DNA of 64,000 nt from Mobula hypostoma (lineage: Eukaryota). Position numbers and translations under genes: made by a program. Of this stretch, positions 51,316 through 61,974 are shown in pieces. Position 1 is the stretch's first letter, and each line of letters begins with the position of its first letter. The stretch spans positions 30,816,001-30,880,000 of the forward strand of contig NC_086108.1 in assembly GCF_963921235.1 (NCBI RefSeq), written 5' to 3'. The notes under the pieces are model-generated. The model ran no database searches. It had not been told where the DNA came from and saw nothing but the letters and a program-made list of their open reading frames with translations.

Positions 51316-52220
51316 TGTGACGAGAATACACATAAATTAAGATGTTAGCTGGCCTGGGCTGGCACCAGTGGGATCAGCAGTTGGTCTGCCACCTGTCTTC
51401 AGGAGGAAGAGAGATAAGGAAAACAATGGAGCAGCATTTGGAGATGTTAATGAAGGGACGGGAGAGTTTAACGGAAGGAGAGCTGTCGAGATCGGCTCCC
51501 CCTTTGAACCCTAAACTGTTTGAAGTGATGGACAGGCGATACCCCAGCAGGGGGATAAAAAGGGACAGGTTCGCTAAGGCAAGACACACATGACACCCCG
51601 AGGTAACGAGACCCTGGAAGCGGTGCGTCTCCCACAAGTCGGTGGGAAGTTTTGGACGGCTGGTCGCGGGATCAAGCCATAGACGCACAGGGTGGAAAGG
51701 CACGATCGGCGGGAACCTGGTATGTGTCCACCCTTGCCTGGGTGCCAGGTTCACCGCAGAGAAACGATCGTATCTGGAAATGGAGGGGTCACGGTCGGTG
51801 ACCTCAGATGACATCACAAAAGGGCTCGCACGAAAGCTGACTGCGAAGAATATCGAAAGTCTATGTGTGGAAGCCGTTTGAATATTCATTCGTTTTGCTC
51901 TCTCTCCTCCCCCCCCCCACTGTCCATCTCCCACGCCAGCGATTACTGCGAACTAAACTGAACTAAATTGAACTGAACTTTGCGTCACTTTGAAACTGGT
52001 CATTTACCCCTAGACAACGATAGAGCTTGATTGATCCTGTTATCTTAATTCTGTGTACATGTGTGTTTATCATTGCTGAACTGTTGCATTTATTATTCTT
52101 TTGATTAGAGCACTGTGTTGCTTGTTTCTTTAATAAAACTTTCTTAGTTCTAGTAATCCAGACTCCAACTGAGTGATCCATTTCTGCTGGTTTGGCAACC
52201 CAGTTACGGGGTACGTAACA
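51316..52220 (+). mobile_element. Young solo LTR (Gypsy- or ERV-type)
   Basis: Termini tgtgacg...cgtaaca; tgag duplicated at 51312-51315 and 52221-52224; gataaaa TATA-like near 51555; aataaa 52132-52137; CpG-rich. Confidence 0.85.
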
Positions 52221-52966
52221 TGAGTAGTACAACTTTCCAGGTTGTGGTTTTACTCAACTGTGGAACAAAAGCAGCAAGATGTCTTCCCTCTAATCTTTGT
52301 GAAATAAAAGCCAAAACATTACCTGGCTTTCTGTCTTGCAATTTATTTCTTATTAACTACAGCCTTAAGGAGCTTAATTGCACTTGTCAAAGGGCTTGAC
52401 TGTCTAGTCATGTTATGATTTTCTAAGTGCCTCATTATACCCAGCAATCTATTTTCTTTTTAATGACCTCAATGTAATTATGTATAGAAGCATCTGCCTG
52501 AATAGCATGCAAAAGCATTTCACTGTAGCTCAGAGCATGTGACAACAATAAATCAATTCCAATACCATTAAAGCTTCCTCATTATTGCATTTCAGGACTT
52601 CTCTGTTGACTGATGATCGGCCTCTACCAGAGCAACTTTAACAACATTCCCTGTTCTCTGAAGTGCTTGCTGCCATAAATGTCTGTCCCTTCCCTAAAAT
52701 AATTTCAAGTTAATAACTGGTGGAACTAGGCCAAAAAATTGCACTCTGCCTGTCAAAATGTCAGAAAGACAAAGCACGTTGTTTGAGGATTCATGCTACA
52801 TGTTGTGTGCATGAGACAAGGTGGTTCGTGCTGCAGAGTTATCCTTACCCTCTCAAAGGCCATCTGCTAACATGAGTTCAAGCCTCTACTGGACTTTGTC
52901 AAGTCCCCTAAGAACCTTATTTTTCATAATATTACTTCTCATTCTTTGAAATTTGCAAACAGTATA

Positions 52967-53281
52967 CAAGGGGTGATTGATAGGTTCATGTCCTAAGGTA
53001 GGAGTCAATTTTAGAAAACCTAGCACATGTATTTTTCAACATAGTCCCCTCCTACATTTACACACTTAGTCCAGCGGTCGTGAAGCATACGAATCTTGGA
53101 CCTCCAGTAAGTGTCCACAGAAGGGGTGATTGATAAGTTTGTGGCCTAAGGTAGAAGGAGATGAGTTATACAGCTCTCGTTACATGCACATGCAGTTCAA
53201 CTCTTCGAGTGATTATGCAGAAAGTTTGAAGTTAATAACTCATTTCCTACCTTAGGCCATGAGCTTATCAATCACCCCTCG
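52967..53281. mobile_element. Tc1/mariner-type MITE
   Basis: 37-bp TIRs with 4 mismatches, flanked by TA (52965-52966, 53282-53283); third TIR copy at 53121. Confidence 0.85.
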
Positions 53282-53917
53282 TATGTTCAACTTACTCAAC
53301 TTTTCCTTTAAAACAACTTTCTCATCCCAGTTACCAACTTAATGAAGTTTCTCAGATTCAAATTGAGTTTTCAATCAAAGAAAATAAAAGATTGTCAGTA
53401 TTCCAGGTGGAGCAGAACTTTCTGATTTTTCTTTATTCTTCATTCTGTTTACAATATAAGACAACATTCCATTTACTGCCCACTTACATTTACATACATT
53501 GTAAAACTCGATGTTTCATGAACAGTGATTCTTAATTCCAACTGCGCCATGACAGTTTACAGAATGCTTTTCTATTTTCCTTCGCCAAGGTGGAGAACTG
53601 CTCATTTCCCCACAATATGTTCCACGTGGTACATTCACGGGGAGAATGTACATACTCCTTACAGGCAGTACCTTGATCTTCTGATCATTTTAAGTGTTTT
53701 ACTAACCTCTATGCTAACATATTTAAACTGCTTTTAAGTGATAATTAGAGACATTTAGAAATGGCTCTTGAAAGCATAAACAGTCAGAAGGCCCTCCAAT
53801 ATGGTGTGGTGTTGGGGGAAGGTGTTGGTGGAAGAGGTTTAGAATTTACTTGCTGTCAGAGACTTGCTGAGACCTGTGTGGGCTTGCTCCACCCAAGGGA
53901 TGGTCATGGTCAATTTG

Positions 53918-53983
53918 CCTTCTCACTAACATCATCTTGGTGAGTCAGGAAGATGACTCACCAAGATGATGTTAGTGAGAAGG
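53918..53983. repeat. Perfect inverted repeat: 30-bp arms, 6-nt loop
   Basis: ccttctcactaacatcatcttggtgagtca-ggaaga-tgactcaccaagatgatgttagtgagaagg. Confidence 0.95.
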
Positions 53984-54829
53984 TAAACTGATAAATTAGT
54001 GAATTGATTGATTATCATCACATTCATGAGTTTCAGTGAAAAACATTGTTTTACGTGCCATCTACAGAGATTATTTCATCACAACAGTACTACAAATCAG
54101 CATTAGGGAAATGCAATAACAGAATACGCAACATACTGTTACAGTTAGAGAAAATGCAGTGCTTTCAGGCTTTGGTATCTTTTGCCTAATGGTGGGGGTG
54201 GGGGTGGTGGAAAAGAGAGAATGACTGGTGGGAGTCGATTTTGGTTATGTTCCTAGCTTTACCGAGGCAGTGGGAAGTGCAGTCAGAGTCCATCGAGTAG
54301 GTGCTGCTTTTTGTGATAATGGCAGGAAAGTGACAGATAGGAGCCATGGTGCCTCAAGGACACTGAAGGCCATAGAGACACAAAACATAAGTGAGGAAGG
54401 AGAATAGAGGAGGGTGATGGGCTGGATTAAGAACAATTCTGCCATTCATGCTTTCATTGTGCCTTTAATCTGCCCAATGATTACCAGGAAATCCTGCATT
54501 ACTTTTGGGTAAAGATGAACACCTTCCCCATAATCAACCAAGAGGCATGAGACACCTGCTGAATTGTGAGGGATGTCTCTATTCCAATATCTCCAGTCTT
54601 GCTTCATGTTCCTATTGTCCAACATCCTATTGAGTCAGTAGCTGTTGATGACTGATTTCCTTTCTGTAAAGAGCTATCAAAAGTACACAAGATACTCTAA
54701 TTGTAGATCAAATGGTTAAATCACTTCTGCACATTTGCCACATTAAGTAGTCACCTTTCAATGACAAACCCACCTTCATGAACATTTTCAAAGCTCTCAC
54801 ATTTTGCCAAGCACCAGGCTTTTACAAAG

Positions 54830-55110
54830 TCTCAAGATGCTGCAAATGTTGGACTCTGGAGCAACAAACAATCTGCTGAAAGAACTTAGTGGGTTAAGCA
54901 GCATCTGTGGGTGGAAAGGTATTGTCAACATTTCATATTGAAATCCTGCGTCGAGGCAAGGAGTAGAGAGGGGAGAGACCAATACAAAGAAGAGAAGGGG
55001 AATGGTGAGACCTGTCCTAATGTAGGCTTTTGACCCAAAATGTTGATAGTTCTTTTCCTCCCACGGATGGTGCTCAATACACTGAGTTCCTCCAGCACAT
55101 TGTTTGTTGA
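54830..55110. mobile_element. Penelope-derived fold-back element, subfamily B
   Basis: caacaaacaatctgctgaaagaacttagtg pairs with cactgagttcctccagcacattgtttgttg; decayed hammerhead in each arm. Confidence 0.6.
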
Positions 55111-55321
55111 CTCAACTCTTATGCTCCGGGGAACATTTGAAGATTGTGTTTCTCCCAACTTAATTACCCAAAATAGTCTTTCTCTGACTTTCCTACCATG
55201 TGTCTTGTGAGATGCCTTTCTGAATCACAACTGAAAATCCATGAACCCTTATGTCTCCTGCATTCCCTGTCTGCACTTGTAAAGTTATTACACCAAAAAA
55301 CATAAGCACGCAGCATTCTAA

Positions 55322-55810
55322 AACATAAGCACACACAGATGCTAGAAATCAGGAGCTACACATAAAATTTCAGAGGAACTCAGCAGGTCAGGCTGCATCT
55401 GTGGAGGGAATAAACAATTGACGTTTTGGGCCAGCACCCCTCATCAGGACTGTAAAGTAAAATGGAAGAAGTCAGAATAAGAAGGTAGGGGGAAGGAGAA
55501 GGAATACGAGCTGCAGGCTGATAGATAAAACCAAGTAAAGGGGAAGGCGAGTGAGTGGGGGGGGGGCTGTGGAAGATTCAGTAAGCTGGAAAGAAAAAGT
55601 ATAGGACTGAAGAAGAAGGAATCTAATAGGAGAGAATGGTGAACCTTGGGAGAAAGAGAAGGAGAGGTTTCCAGAGGAGGTGATAGGCAGGAGAAGAGAA
55701 GGGGTAAGAGGAGAGCCAGAATAGGGAGTGGAAAAAGAGAGGTGGAAGTGGGAATGATTACTGGAAGTTAAAGAAATCGATGTTCATACCATCAAGTTGG
55801 AGGCTACGAA
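55322..55810 (-). mobile_element. Penelope 3' end with hammerhead motif
   Basis: Minus strand 55415-55452 reads CAGTC-CTGATGA-G-GGG-tgctgg-CCC-aAAA-CGTC-aattg. Confidence 0.8.
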
Positions 55811-56600
55811 AAGCATAATTATAAAATTGTAACACAACTTGCCTTCAACAATTTTTTTTTAAAACTATAAATCTCATGTCCTGGGAGATCAATACAGCAT
55901 CAGAGTTGATAGCATTTGGATGATATAACAAACTAAATAACAAAATCGTTGATGGCAAAAGTTTTACACAGCAGCTTCCAAAATTTTAATTGAAACATTT
56001 CTCTGCAAAATCCAACTAAAAGTAAGCTCCATATATTAAAAAATCATATAGCACTCCTAAGGATTCTGGGAAACCAACTAATAATGACTCATGACTAATG
56101 ACAGATGACTCATAATAACTATTTAATAATCAGGAGACTTCATGCATTATGTTTTCTGGAAAAAAAAGTACTTTAGTTTAATGCAGTTCAACACTTCCTT
56201 TAACAGTGTAAGTGGTGCACAATCTAAACTAGATGGAATACCCACAATCTACAAAGGTTTGTACATGCAAATCTGTGAAAAAATTAGCATGATTCACATC
56301 GTATCTGACACAATGCAAATAATCACATTGAGCATTTGAACAATTTATGTGTACAGAAAAACACACAGGAATGGAAATGCTCAAAATAAACCCATTTGAC
56401 CCGAGCACCCACAGCTAAAACGAATGCAAACTTTGTGACAGAGCTGCTGAGGACTATTAATTTCTATCATGGCCTGTACAGTGAAAAGACACATAAAATG
56501 CACTATGGGAAGGAATAATTCCACAATACAAAAGCTTTCAATATAAAATATAATCATGGAAGGAAATCAATAACATAAAAAAACACAGGAAGTATAAGAA

Positions 56601-57240
56601 AACACAAGAAATTCTGCAGATGCTGGAAATCCAAAGCAACACAGATGAAATGCTGCAGAAACTCCACAGATCAGGCAGCTTCTGTGGAAATTAATGAACA
56701 GCTGATGTTTCAGGCTGAGATCTTTCATCATTACTGGAAAGGAAGGGGGAATATGCCAGTATAAATGTGGGACGAAGGGAGGGAGGATAGCTAGACGATA
56801 ACATACACAAAATGCTGGAGGAACTCAGCAGGCCAGGCAGCATCTATGGAAAAAGTACAGTCAATGTTTCGGGCCGAGACTGGAGCCAAAAATTCTTGGC
56901 CCGAGATGTCAACTGTACTTTTTTGCATAGATGCTGCCTGGACTGCTGAGTTCCTCCAGCATTTTGTGTGTGTTATTTGGATTTCCAGCATCTGCCGATT
57001 TTCTCTTGTTTATAGCTATAGGTGAATCCAGGAGGGGAGGTAAGGTGAAGGGCTGAAGGAATCTGATAGGACAGAAGTGTGCCATAGGAGAAAAGGAAGG
57101 AGGAGGAGACCCAGGTGAAGGTAATAAGCAGGTGAGAAGAGGTTAGAAGCCAGAGTGGGAAATGGAAGAAGAGGGGAGGAGGATTAAAACCTGCAGGAGA
57201 AATTGATATTCATGCCATTTGGTTAGAAGCTACCCAGAAA
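56601..57240 (-). mobile_element. Penelope 3' end interrupted by a fold-back element
   Basis: Collinear with 55322-55810; decayed hammerhead at 56699-56736. Confidence 0.75.
56794..57011. mobile_element. Penelope-derived fold-back element with candidate TSD
   Basis: 56801-56880 pairs with 56895-56974; atagcta at 56787-56793 and 57012-57018. Confidence 0.75.
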
Positions 57241-57584
57241 TACACAACAGGTCAGGCAGCATCTGAAAAATGAATGTAAATATTGCAAGTTGATGAACTT
57301 ACACAAAATCAGAAAATTTTAGAGCTAAGAAGCTGTTTAACCCACTACAGATACAAGAAAATGCAAGACACGGGACAGAAAGAACAACATTTTTGATAGG
57401 CAGGCAGGAGGGATTGGTAGGGATGATAATGAAGGCACAAGTAAAGAAATTTGATGGTATTAAGACAAATCATATAACAAAAACTGGATCAGTAGGAGGT
57501 GTAGTAAGTTGCTATAAATCTTCACCAGCATTCTTGGCCAAAATAGAAGCAATGATCGTGAACTGAGCTGAGAGACAAGAGACA

Positions 57585-57770
57585 AGATGCTGGAATCTGG
57601 AGTAACAAGTGAATTGTTGGAAAATCAGTGGAGGGATATGGACACAAACATTTTGGGTCAAATTCCCTTCACTGAATGACCTGAGTCTTGACCTGAAACA
57701 TCAATAGTCTGTTTCTCTCCTCAAATGGAATCTGATCCAATGGCCTTCCCCAATAGCTCATTTTTGGTTT
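57585..57770. mobile_element. Very decayed Penelope-derived fold-back remnant
   Basis: agatgctggaatctggagtaac...ttttgggtcaa followed by ttgacctgaaacatc. Confidence 0.4.
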
Positions 57771-58953
57771 GCATTATAAATCAGTGTTGAGTCTAGAGGT
57801 CCAGGATACCTGATCAATAAGTATTGAGTTACTGCCGAATGTCATTGAGCATTATGATTAAGAAGTGGAAATTAAATAAGATAAATACAATGTTGCTTAA
57901 AGTCCTTTGCAAGTCATTTTTTTCTTGCACAGCAAGTGTTGGTAATGATTTTTCCCCCATTTACGCTTCTAAACACTTTTGGTTATTTATGTCATTTCCC
58001 AAATGACCTTTGTCTAAAACTACTTTCTTTTTTATTGTTAAACACCCCTACTTTCTAACCTATTACACAGTTTCATTTTTTCTCTCCCACTTACCTTTCC
58101 TTTTAAACCATCTACAATCCTTGTGCATTTCTGATCGATTATCAGTAACGATCTGTCATGGGAAATCTATTTCTCTAATTTGCTAGTCCTACTGAGTATT
58201 CCCATCACTTTATCACAGCTTTAAATGTTGTTTTCTTTAAATACAACTCTGTCTAATCCTCTCACATCATCTTATATTGAAAAAATGCGACTGTATTTAA
58301 ATAATTCTCTCATTGACCAAACATGAAAACCCTGCAAAAGGTCTGCAAGTGCATCATTGTGTTCTGACAGTCATACATAAAGGTCATTGCATATCGTGGC
58401 ACCATCTGATTAACTGCCTTTGGAAAAATAACATTCACACTAAAATAATGTAAGTGCTTTGTTTGGAACAATTATACCTCACAATGTGACTTGCAGGAAA
58501 AGGCTGCCTGGAGGATGTGGTTTGGCAGGCATTTTTGAATAGGAGAAAGATGGTAAAGGTGTTATCTGAGGCATTACTACAAACTCCCTTTGTTAAAAGT
58601 ATTTAGTAACAACAGGAGCTAATTTCATTTTAGAGTTATGTTTAATCACAAGTTTATAAAGCAGGCTTGTGGTTTTGAAGCCATACCAATGCACCCAGCC
58701 TTTGAAAAGTAACTCTCACTTCCAACAACTGTAAATGTAAATACACCTGAACTTCCCAGCAAGTACGAGTAATTTTTTGGAAACTGTCCAGGAGAATGTC
58801 ATACCGATTATGCATAGCAATCAGAATCTGAATCGTAATCAGGTTTAATATCACCGGCAAATGTTGTGAAATTTGGTGACTTAGCAGCAGCAGTACATGA
58901 AAAATACAGAAAAAAAAAATAAATGAATTACAGTAAATATATATTATGTATAG

Positions 58954-58955
<2 letters not shown>

Positions 58956-58984
<29 letters not shown>
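58956..58984. repeat. (AC)n microsatellite
   Basis: Pure AC run within the LINE 3' UTR. Confidence 0.95.
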
Positions 58985-58988
<4 letters not shown>

Positions 58989-59347
58989 GAAGTACACATA
59001 TATATCTACATATATATGGATGTATATTACATAGTTAAATTAAAATAATGCAAAAACAGAAAAAAATTGAGTAAGTGTTCATATGTCCATTTAAGAATCG
59101 GATGGCAGAGAAGAAGTGGTTCCTGAATCACTGAATATGTGCCTTCAAGGCTTCTGTACTTCCACCCTGGTGCTAACGATGAGAAGAGGGCATGCTCTGG
59201 GTGATCAGGGTCCTTAATAATGGACGCCACATTTCTGAGGCACCGCTCCTTGAAAATATCTGGGATACTACGGAGGGTAGTACACAAGATGGAGCTGACT
59301 AATTTTACAACTTTTCTGTAGCTTCTTTCAGTCCTGTGCAGTAGACC

Positions 59348-61974
59348 CAGGCCTGGATTAACCTAGTAGCAAAAGTAGCATATGCTACGGGCCCTGCATT
59401 TTCAAGGGCCCCACCCACACTAAACGCTTGCAAGCTGCAGTCTGGTGAAATCGGCATCCGATCTCACCATATTTTCACAACTGTTAGAATGAGTTTCGGG
59501 TAGACAATTCATTTACACTTAAATAAATGACTTCAGCCATCAGTCTTCTGTTCTTTGACAAAGTACTGTGGATTGAGTTCATAACAATGCATTTCCTAAA
59601 AGCTGTGTACCCAGTTTCATTTGTAACAATGCATCTCTGGCGCCTCTGAGACAAGAATGCGAAGTTTACGGGTAATTGCAAAGACACCATATCTATGCTT
59701 TTTGCATATGAATTGTCCTCTATGTTAGCACGTAACATACCAAATAATGTATTATTGATTTTAACTTGCATTCCTAAAGGCCATGAATGCCAGTTTAGGC
59801 ATACTAGTGCTGGTTGAATGAATTCAATCAAAAGATGTGAAAACTTCAAAGAATTGGCTATGCCTGTAACTATGAACTGTCCTTTGTGTTCAGCAAATAA
59901 ATATTGAGCCTCTAACACAAGGCGATTAGACCTGTTCTGCCAGGGGTCTCTGCCTGCTGTAACCTTGTTTTGTTGAATAAAGAAACTGCCTTGTACCTAC
60001 CGGTACTGCAACGCTCTGTGATTTCAGCCACGCCACAACAATATGATTTGGCAACACTGTTGTTTTCATGTTGGGGGAGCAGCATGCTGCATGGTACAGT
60101 GCAGGCCTGTGTTGGCTCTTTGCTGTGTCGTGGTATAAATGCTCATGCAAACCAAGGAAGGGGACTTAAATCATACCTATCTAAAACAACATGTGAGGAA
60201 TTCATTAATCTGATTAGATCCAGCATACACACACATTATCGGTGAAGTGAAGAAATACAAGTATTATTCTGTTTCATTGGCTTCCACTCCAGATATACCT
60301 AATGCGGACCAGCTGACTTTGACTGTGCACTATATTTTGCCATCTGGACCAGTTGAAAGATTTATGAAGTTTTTGGATATGGAAGGTCATAGTGCTGAAC
60401 AGCTCCCTCAGAGTTTACTTGACTTTTTGAAGGAAAATGACATTGATATAAAAGACTGCCGTGGTCAAAGTTATGACAATGCCAGCAACATGAGCGGCAA
60501 GTATAGTGGCTTACAAGCATGAATTAAAGAGCTGAATGAGTTTACGGATTACATTCCATGTTTTGCACATTCACTAAATTTGGTTAGAAAATGTGCTGCT
60601 GAATGTTGTCAAGAAGCATTAATTTTCTTTCAATTTGTAGAAAGCCTACACACATTTTTTGCTGCTTCTGCTTATCGGTGGGATCTCCTTTCTGCTGCAT
60701 TATCTGATGGTGGTGCTTAATTGCCCATTGTGAAAAGAATGTCAAATACCAGGTGGTCAGCTCGTGCAGATGCAACAAAAACGCTTTTACACAGCTTTTC
60801 TGCAATAAAACAAGTCTTGGATGACATTTCAAAAACAATGATCAGAAGGCAGAGTGTCGACAACGGGCTCGTGGACTACTTTCAACCATGATGAAGTTGG
60901 GCACAGGAATAATGGTCATATTGTGGGATCAAGTATTATAGCATTTTCAAATGACCAGTGCTTCTTTGCAATCTTCTGGCCAAGACTTGAACACAGCTTG
61001 TGCACTCTATGAATCCTTGCATGGATATATTCAAGCTATGCTGTCTACTTTTTCAGACATTGAGCAAAAAGCCAGGGATCTGACTAAGTGTGAAGATTAT
61101 CAACAGCAAACTCGAAAGTATGATGATTTCAGTGGTTCCAGCACTCTTGATCCACTTGTTGAATCTCAAACACCTTCTCAGAAGTTTAAAAGCCGAACAT
61201 TTCCTGCCATTATTGACAGCTTGCTTTCTGCCCTGTCAAAAAGGCAGAAAGCTTATCTAAAGGTGAATGGTGTTTTTGGATTCCTTCATCAGCTACAGTC
61301 GTTTACACCTGAGGAGATCGTAAAGAGGTTATGAAATCTTATTAAATCCTATCCGGAAGATCTGGAAGAAAGTCTTAATGAAGAATTTGTGCAGTTTACT
61401 GAACTGTTGAAAACAGAACTTGCTTCTCATATTGGCACCAAACAAGACGTTATAGAGTTACAGTTGTACTGTTTGATAACTGACAATTCTTTGGAGTCAT
61501 GTTTTCCAAATGTGGAAAATGCCTTGTGCTTCTCTTTGTCACTCATGGTTACCATCTGGAGTGGAGAATGCTCATTTTCAAAATTGAAAAAGGATTAAAA
61601 ATGAACTAAGGATCACCGTGGGTCAAAACAGATTGAACAATCTCACTCTAATGAGCATTGAACATGAACCTCTACGTGGAACAGACATTTCCAGTATCGT
61701 CAACAAATTTGCTCATGCCAAATCTAGAAAATCTAACTTTTAAATTGTAGTTTTGTTACTTTTGACATTTGAAACTGATACCTACATGTAAGTAATACTA
61801 TTACAGAAGTGTCAGACATTTGTCATATTATCTGGCTGTATAGCAAATGAAAAAATTGAATTACTTTACTATGCAAGTCAATAATTTATGTTTTAATACT
61901 TAAGTGCATTTTTAAAATTTAGGGCCCCTTTGTAACATATGCTACAGGCCCCACACTAGCTTAATCCGGCCCTG
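59348..61974 (+). mobile_element. hAT DNA transposon (Tip100/ZMYM1-like transposase), defective
   Basis: 20-bp TIRs caggcctggattaacctagt / cagggccggattaagctagt (17 of 20 match); 8-bp TSD agtagacc 59340-59347 / agtagccc 61975-61982. Confidence 0.9.
60135..61743 (+). pseudogene. hAT transposase remnant lacking its N-terminus
   Basis: SYLSKTTCEEFI, YYSVSLASTPD, RGQSYDNASNMSG, CFAHSLNL, TRWS, GECSFSKLK, RLNNLTLMSIE; multiple stops and frameshifts. Confidence 0.85.

Noticed and set aside
51374..51934. 186-aa ORF in the solo LTR
   Set aside because: GC-rich LTR sequence with no gag, pol or env motifs.
59484..59918. 144-aa minus-strand ORF inside the hAT element
   Set aside because: No recognisable domain or motif; treated as chance.
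60247..61598. ZMYM1-like host gene
   Set aside because: It lies between TIRs with an 8-bp TSD and has multiple stops and frameshifts.
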